NCBI GenBank assembly: GCA_963783885.1
Contig: CAWAPJ010000008.1
Coordinates: 32,001 to 96,000, forward strand
Reading direction: 5' to 3'
Source of the DNA: Waddliaceae bacterium
GTDB lineage: Bacteria; Chlamydiota; Chlamydiia; Chlamydiales; SLFE01
DNA length: 64,000 bases
Under the pieces are notes generated by a model. It made no database searches. It saw nothing but the letters and a program-made list of their open reading frames with translations, and had not been told where the DNA came from. Shown here in pieces: positions 59,193 to 64,000 of this stretch; positions within the stretch are counted from its first letter, which is position 1, and every line of letters begins with the position of its first letter. The translations under genes were made by a program, and so were the position numbers.

Positions 59193-59230
59193 AGAGATCC
59201 CAATCTAAAGAAATCGGGAAATGATGGCAA

Positions 59231-59911
59231 TCAATAATACTCGTCGGGAAGCTCCCATTCCCAACCTTCGGTTTCGGAATTTTCATTTTCGTCAAATTCT
59301 TCCTCCTTTTCTTGAATGTTCAGGAACCTGGCAGAATTTTGCTGGGATTGCATTCCCTTGGCAATGACGCTGGCAATATTTACCTGGTCATTGTTTTTAG
59401 ACGATCCCCTATTTCCAGAAGAGTTATCAATGACAGGTGTTGATACCCTGCTAGGTATCGGAGGTTTCCAGTCTTGAGGCGGCAGTGGCTGAGCAAGCGG
59501 TATGGGTTCTTTAGCAAGTGCAGATGAGCGTCTTGCATAGGAAATCAGAGGAGTTTGCTCTGTTTCTTTCATAGGGTCACATTTCTTCCAGTCTTCAGAC
59601 TTTTGAGCCTCTTCTTTCCCATGAGAAAATGGGCCGTTTTTCTTAAAAATGGCCGTGTATACCTTATAAGGAATGTAAGATGAACCTATGACTCCAGCGG
59701 ATATCGCTGCAACAATTATCCAAGGGAGCACACCGATGATGGCAACGGGCACTGCCAAACCCACTGCAGCTACATAGCCCAGAGGTTTCCAGGGGAATTG
59801 CTTTGCGAAATCATCTACCTTAGTAGCTGTTGTTTTGCCGGCCTTGCCCAAAGATTTTCCATAATCCGGCAGGGTATTTAATTTTAAATGTAAACTTTTA
59901 ACGCCTGGCAT
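59231..59911 (-). CDS. Inc-like membrane protein with a Pro-rich region and an acidic, Trp-containing C-terminus
   Basis: Long bilobed hydrophobic segment; PLAQPLPPQDWKPPIPSR; C-terminal EEEFDENENSETEGWEWELPDEYY; RBS AAGGA. Confidence 0.7.
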   Translation of the reverse strand: MPGVKSLHLKLNTLPDYGKSLGKAGKTTATKVDDFAKQFPWKPLGYVAAVGLAVPVAIIGVLPWIIVAAISAGVIGSSYIPYKVYTAIFKKNGPFSHGKEEAQKSEDWKKCDPMKETEQTPLISYARRSSALAKEPIPLAQPLPPQDWKPPIPSRVSTPVIDNSSGNRGSSKNNDQVNIASVIAKGMQSQQNSARFLNIQEKEEEFDENENSETEGWEWELPDEYY

Positions 59912-60068
59912 TATTATTCCTTATTTGGTTTTGAATAGTTAAATATTAAAATATATTTATTAAGATTATATAAAATTTAGGTGAAAAATAATAAAATAAA
60001 TAATTACTATTAAGAAAATTTTTTACTGGCCAAAAACCCCCTATTTTGAGAAGATAACCTTTGAATAA

Positions 60069-60416
60069 ATGATAGGAGATAAGGAAATGAGCGATAAGAT
60101 TAAGCATCTAGATGACGAGAACTTCTCTGAAGTGACCTCAAACGGTGTGACTCTAGTGGATTTTTATGCTGACTGGTGCGGTCCTTGCCGTATGATGACC
60201 CCAGTCATTGAGGAATTTGCCGAAAAGAAATCCGGAGAGATCACAGTTGGCAAGCTGGACATCGACGCTTCGCCATCGGTTACTCAGCAATTTCAGGTGA
60301 CATCGGTCCCCACCTTGGTTCTCATCAAGGATGGCAAGCCTATCGGCACCTATGTGGGGCTGAAAGATCTGTCTCAGCTTGAAGAGCTTGTCAAATCTTC
60401 TCTCGATAATTCGTAA
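60069..60416 (+). CDS. trxA: Thioredoxin
   Basis: DFYADWCGPC motif; the start could instead be 60087. Confidence 0.96.
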   Translation: MIGDKEMSDKIKHLDDENFSEVTSNGVTLVDFYADWCGPCRMMTPVIEEFAEKKSGEITVGKLDIDASPSVTQQFQVTSVPTLVLIKDGKPIGTYVGLKDLSQLEELVKSSLDNS

Positions 60417-60868
60417 ATTGAAGTCTGTCTTAGCGCTTCGTAGAGGCCGATTCCTACCGATGTGGCTAAGTTCAGACATCTTGAGCTCGGAAGCATCGGA
60501 ATTCTCACGCATCGGTCCGGCCATTTTTTAAGCAATTTTTCCGGAAGTCCTTCTGTTTCCGAGCCGAATACCAGTTGAACGTCGGGGGAGAAGCTGGCGT
60601 CGTAAAGAGATCGCTTCGCTTTGCTTGAAAAAAAATAAAAAAAACGTGCGCTTTCCAATAGATATTTCTCAAGATCTTCTTGTTCAGAGATTTTGACTTC
60701 GTTCCAGTAGTCAAGACCGGCTCTTTTCAGCCATCTGTCGCTCGTTTTAAAGCCAAGGGGGGTGATCAGGGTGAGAGAAGAGCCTGTCACCGAGCAGGTT
60801 CTGACTATGTTTCCGGTATTTTGCGGAATTTGGGGCCGATAGAGGATAATTTCAATATTATGATTCAT
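60374..60868 (-). CDS. trmL: tRNA (cytidine/uridine-34-2'-O)-methyltransferase TrmL
   Basis: PQIPQNTGNI, RAGLDYW, FGSETEGL and RIPM...RCLNLATSV motifs. Confidence 0.95.
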   Translation of the reverse strand: MNHNIEIILYRPQIPQNTGNIVRTCSVTGSSLTLITPLGFKTSDRWLKRAGLDYWNEVKISEQEDLEKYLLESARFFYFFSSKAKRSLYDASFSPDVQLVFGSETEGLPEKLLKKWPDRCVRIPMLPSSRCLNLATSVGIGLYEALRQTSIYELSREDLTSSSS

Positions 60869-60909
60869 TTTAGCTTCAAATTATAGTAAAAAACGATTAA
60901 ATGTGAAAT

Positions 60910-61533
60910 ATGGACGAAAACTCTAAGAAGCCGGTAAGCGGAAAAGTTGAAAAAGAGAAAGAAGAGGAGCTTGCGGGCCTTGGCGACTTAAGCGCTATGG
61001 GCGGACTTGTCGACCTCTTTAGCGGATTGTTTACCGGCGGACGTGAAGAAGGAGCAGGGGCGGTAATCACCCCGTCAGAAATTTCCGGAAAGTCTTTTTT
61101 GCATTGGACAGATTTGCCGCATGTCAAAGAGCTTAAATTAAAATATTGCACGAACCTGTCGGATAAAGAGTTGAAGTCTCTTCTTAACCTCTCCAATTTG
61201 GAAGTGCTGGATTTGAGCGGATCGCATATTACGGGAGATGCGTTCAAATACACGAAGGATTTTACGTCGGTACGGGAATTGATCTTATTCAACTGCCCTT
61301 TTTTAAATGATAAGGGCTTGAAGCATTTGAGCCACCTTCCCAATCTTGAAGTGCTTAAAATTTCAGGGGCGCTGATCACCGGCTCCTGCTTTAAGGAATG
61401 GAAGCCTTTAAAAAATCTTAGAGAACTGGTGATTGCCGGCTGTCCGAAGCTTGTCGATAAGAATCTACGTTATCTCAATGAACTCACTGCCCTTGAAAAG
61501 ATTGATCTGTCAGCTCAATCCCCAGCTCCATGA
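60910..61533 (+). CDS. Leucine-rich repeat protein (cysteine-containing, FBXL-type LRRs)
   Basis: LxxLxLxxCxxLxDxxLxxL repeats alternating with LEVLDLSGSHITG repeats. Confidence 0.8.
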   Translation: MDENSKKPVSGKVEKEKEEELAGLGDLSAMGGLVDLFSGLFTGGREEGAGAVITPSEISGKSFLHWTDLPHVKELKLKYCTNLSDKELKSLLNLSNLEVLDLSGSHITGDAFKYTKDFTSVRELILFNCPFLNDKGLKHLSHLPNLEVLKISGALITGSCFKEWKPLKNLRELVIAGCPKLVDKNLRYLNELTALEKIDLSAQSPAP

Positions 61534-63286
61534 ACTGCTGACGGTCAACAGTTGAGGGGCTGTCCATCATCAGGTCGGCGGCTTTTTGTGTTTTCGGAAA
61601 CGCAATCACATCCCGAATATTATCAGTATTAGTCAGGATCATCATCACCCTGTCGAAGCCTAGGGCAATGCCAAGATGTGGGGGAGTTCCGTATTTCAGG
61701 GCCTCGATGAAAAAGCCGAAGCGATGCACGAGGTCCTCTTCGGAAAGATTCAACAGCTCGAAAATACGGTGTTGAAGATCACTGTTGTGGATCCTTTGCG
61801 ATCCGGAGGCGATTTCATAGCCGTTTAAGACCAGGTCATAGCTCGATGACCGCACCTTAAGCGGATCGGAATCCATCAGCGGGATGTCCTCTTCCAGGGG
61901 GGACGTAAATGGGTGGTGCTCGGTTTCCAGCCGGTGTGCCTCTTGGTCCCATTGAAAAAGAGGAAAATCGGTGACCCAGAGAAACTCGTAGCGGGTCTCG
62001 TCGATTAGATCGCGATCTTTGGCGATTTTCCGACGAAGGTGGTCGAGGCCCTGGTTGCTGCGTCTCTTTTCGTCTGCAATCATGAAAATCAGGTCGCCGG
62101 GGCAGCATTGAAATCTTTTTATCAACTCGCTTTGAAGTTCTTCGGAGAAAAATTTCACAATGCTGGAAGTAAGCGAGCCGTTTTCGGACACTTTCATCCA
62201 GGCCAGCCCTTTGATTCCGAAATGACCGACAAACTCGGTGTACTGGTCGATCTCCTTTCGAGAGATATCCGCCCCTCCTTTGACGCAAAGTCCCTTGACA
62301 ATGCCACCGCTCTTCAGTTGTTCTTTAAAGACGGAAAATGTCGATCTTTCGGCGATATCACCGACGTTGACAAGAGGCATATCAAATCGCAAATCGGGTT
62401 TGTCGGTTCCGTAATTGTCCAGGCACCAAGCGTACGTTTGCTGTCTGAATTTCGCAGGAATGGATGCTCCTTTGCACTCCATAAAAATTTTTGCGCAGAG
62501 GGTTTCAACGAGAGGAAACAGCTCCTCTCGGGTGCTGAAGCTCATTTCAAGGTCGACTTGTGTAAATTCAGGTTGCCGCTCGGCCCTCAAGTCCTCGTCG
62601 CGAAAGCAGGAGGCGATTTGAAAGTAGCGGTCCATGCCCGAGATCATCAAAAGCTGTTTAAAAATCTGGGGCGATTGAGGGAGGGCATAGAAATTTCCCG
62701 GGTAGATGCGAGAGGGTACAAGGTAGTCGCGAGCTCCTTCCGGTGTTGATTTTCCCAAAATGGGAGTGGCTATCTCGAGAAACCCTTCCGAGCTTAAGTA
62801 ATTTCTTGCGGTCTGCAAAGCTTTGTGGCGCATGATGAGCTTTTTGGCGATATCTCCGCGGCGCAGATCCAGGTAGCGGTATTTTAAACGTATTTCCTCA
62901 TTGACATTGATGAATTCATCGGAAATTGAAAATGGAGGAGTTTTGGATTTCGAGAGAACTTCAATCTCTGCTATCGCCACTTCGATTTCGCCGGTATAGA
63001 GGTTGGGATTGGTCATCCCTTCAGCGCGGGGAATCACCTCTCCTTTGACGGCGATGACATATTCTGAACGGAGTTTTTCCGCTTCTTTATGGGCCTCGGG
63101 ATTCTTTTCGGGATCAAAGACAAGCTGCGTGATTCCATATCGATCTCTTAGGTCGATAAAGATGAGCCCTCCGTGGTCGCGCCGGCGGCTCACCCATCCA
63201 GCCAAAGTCACTTGCTGGCCGATCATGGAGGCGGTCAAAGTTCCGCAGTTATATGTTCTAATTTTTTTCACTGTCTTTCGGTTCAT
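61484..63286 (-). CDS. aspS: Aspartate--tRNA ligase
   Basis: RRDHGGLIFIDLRD, STPEGARDY, LPQSPQ, RDEDLR..RQPEFTQ, HHPFT and PPHxGIALGFDR motifs. Confidence 0.98.
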   Translation of the reverse strand: MNRKTVKKIRTYNCGTLTASMIGQQVTLAGWVSRRRDHGGLIFIDLRDRYGITQLVFDPEKNPEAHKEAEKLRSEYVIAVKGEVIPRAEGMTNPNLYTGEIEVAIAEIEVLSKSKTPPFSISDEFINVNEEIRLKYRYLDLRRGDIAKKLIMRHKALQTARNYLSSEGFLEIATPILGKSTPEGARDYLVPSRIYPGNFYALPQSPQIFKQLLMISGMDRYFQIASCFRDEDLRAERQPEFTQVDLEMSFSTREELFPLVETLCAKIFMECKGASIPAKFRQQTYAWCLDNYGTDKPDLRFDMPLVNVGDIAERSTFSVFKEQLKSGGIVKGLCVKGGADISRKEIDQYTEFVGHFGIKGLAWMKVSENGSLTSSIVKFFSEELQSELIKRFQCCPGDLIFMIADEKRRSNQGLDHLRRKIAKDRDLIDETRYEFLWVTDFPLFQWDQEAHRLETEHHPFTSPLEEDIPLMDSDPLKVRSSSYDLVLNGYEIASGSQRIHNSDLQHRIFELLNLSEEDLVHRFGFFIEALKYGTPPHLGIALGFDRVMMILTNTDNIRDVIAFPKTQKAADLMMDSPSTVDRQQFMELGIELTDQSFQGQ

Positions 63287-64000
63287 TGATTAAGGTTTTG
63301 ATTTCTTCTAGCCGCTGATGAAATTTTTCCGTCATTTTTCTCGTTTCTTTCAGAGAGTTTTGGATGTCGTCCAAAAAGAATCCGGCTGTTTCGCTATCTT
63401 CAAACGGGCGATCCATTTCCTCCCAAAGGGCTATAAAGGCTTGCGTTCTTTCGACAATCTTTAAAATATTCGGCAATGAGCGGAGGGGGGTTGTTTGAGT
63501 TTTTCCAGAATCCATGTGCTTCAATTCAACAGTATGGCTCTCGAGTTCGGCATCGCCGATAACAGCGGTATACTTGGCCCTGATCTGATTGGCAAGCTGC
63601 ATGGCTTTGCCGAGCTTGCGGCCGGAAAAGTCCATTTGAGTCGAAATGCCTTCTTGCCTCAGCCTGTGAAGCAGTTGAAAAGAGAAATTTTTGGCATCGT
63701 CTCCAATCGGAATAATGTAGAGAGTCGGGCGAACTTTTTCTGGGATATAGGCTCCCTGCTTGATCATGGTCTGAATGATTCTTTCCATTCCCGATCCGAA
63801 GCCGGCGGCGGGAAGGTCGGAACCCTTCATCATTTTGAGCATGCCGTCATACCGTCCGCCTCCGCCAAGGCTGCTTTGAGCGCCAATATCCGAGGTAATC
63901 ACTTCAAATACCACTTCATTATAGTAGTCAAGTCCTCTGACGAGCAAGGGATTGACGGTATAGGGGATTTTAATCGCGTCAAGTTTTTCTCTGACAGCTT
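63258..64000 (-). CDS. hisS: Histidine--tRNA ligase (3' part; continues beyond the window)
   Basis: LVRGLDYY, GGGRYDG and GFGSGMER motifs plus the anticodon-binding domain; adjacent to aspS. Confidence 0.96.
   Translation of the reverse strand, partial: AVREKLDAIKIPYTVNPLLVRGLDYYNEVVFEVITSDIGAQSSLGGGGRYDGMLKMMKGSDLPAAGFGSGMERIIQTMIKQGAYIPEKVRPTLYIIPIGDDAKNFSFQLLHRLRQEGISTQMDFSGRKLGKAMQLANQIRAKYTAVIGDAELESHTVELKHMDSGKTQTTPLRSLPNILKIVERTQAFIALWEEMDRPFEDSETAGFFLDDIQNSLKETRKMTEKFHQRLEEIKTLINEPKDSEKN

Noticed and set aside
62039-62749. 236-aa ORF antisense to aspS (similar cases lie in efp, clpC, tkt and pelB)
   Set aside because: Each is fully nested opposite a conserved gene and has no recognisable motifs.
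1-64000. tRNA, rRNA, CRISPR-cas, prophage or integrase genes
   Set aside because: None were recognised by eye; a tRNAscan/Infernal run would be required to exclude small RNAs.

Overview
This 64-kb window comes from an environmental member of the phylum Chlamydiae. The assignment is inferred from the histone-like hctA gene and the chlamydial gene order: hctA-rlmD-tgt-yajC, nqrF, efp, mfd-alaS-tkt-hem, clpC-ptsN-ptsN-dut-accD-sod, hemCD, trxA-trmL-aspS-hisS. Several accessory elements sit in this housekeeping backbone. (1) A ~13-kb Pel exopolysaccharide cluster lies between alaS and tkt: split pelA, pelB, pelD, pelE, pelF and pelG, with no pelC. Its PelD lacks the canonical c-di-GMP RxxD site and carries a +1 frameshift. 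(2) A 1137-aa ankyrin-repeat protein has a C-terminal domain with the motifs of the Legionella SidJ pseudokinase/polyglutamylase. (3) A 1561-bp IS903-like (IS5 family) element with a perfect 9-bp target-site duplication carries a GxxExxY PD-(D/E)XK nuclease gene and extended, repeat-bearing termini. (4) At least eight intergenic inverted-repeat or long palindromic elements are present; three are 159-162 bp long and share a terminal motif. (5) There are several effector-like genes: F-box/LRR, LRR, a tandem paralog pair, and an Inc-like protein with a WASP-like CA tail. nadE (in-frame TAA), pelD and hemY (homopolymer frameshifts) are interrupted, which may be real or assembly error. All family assignments come from motif recognition by eye; no searches were run.
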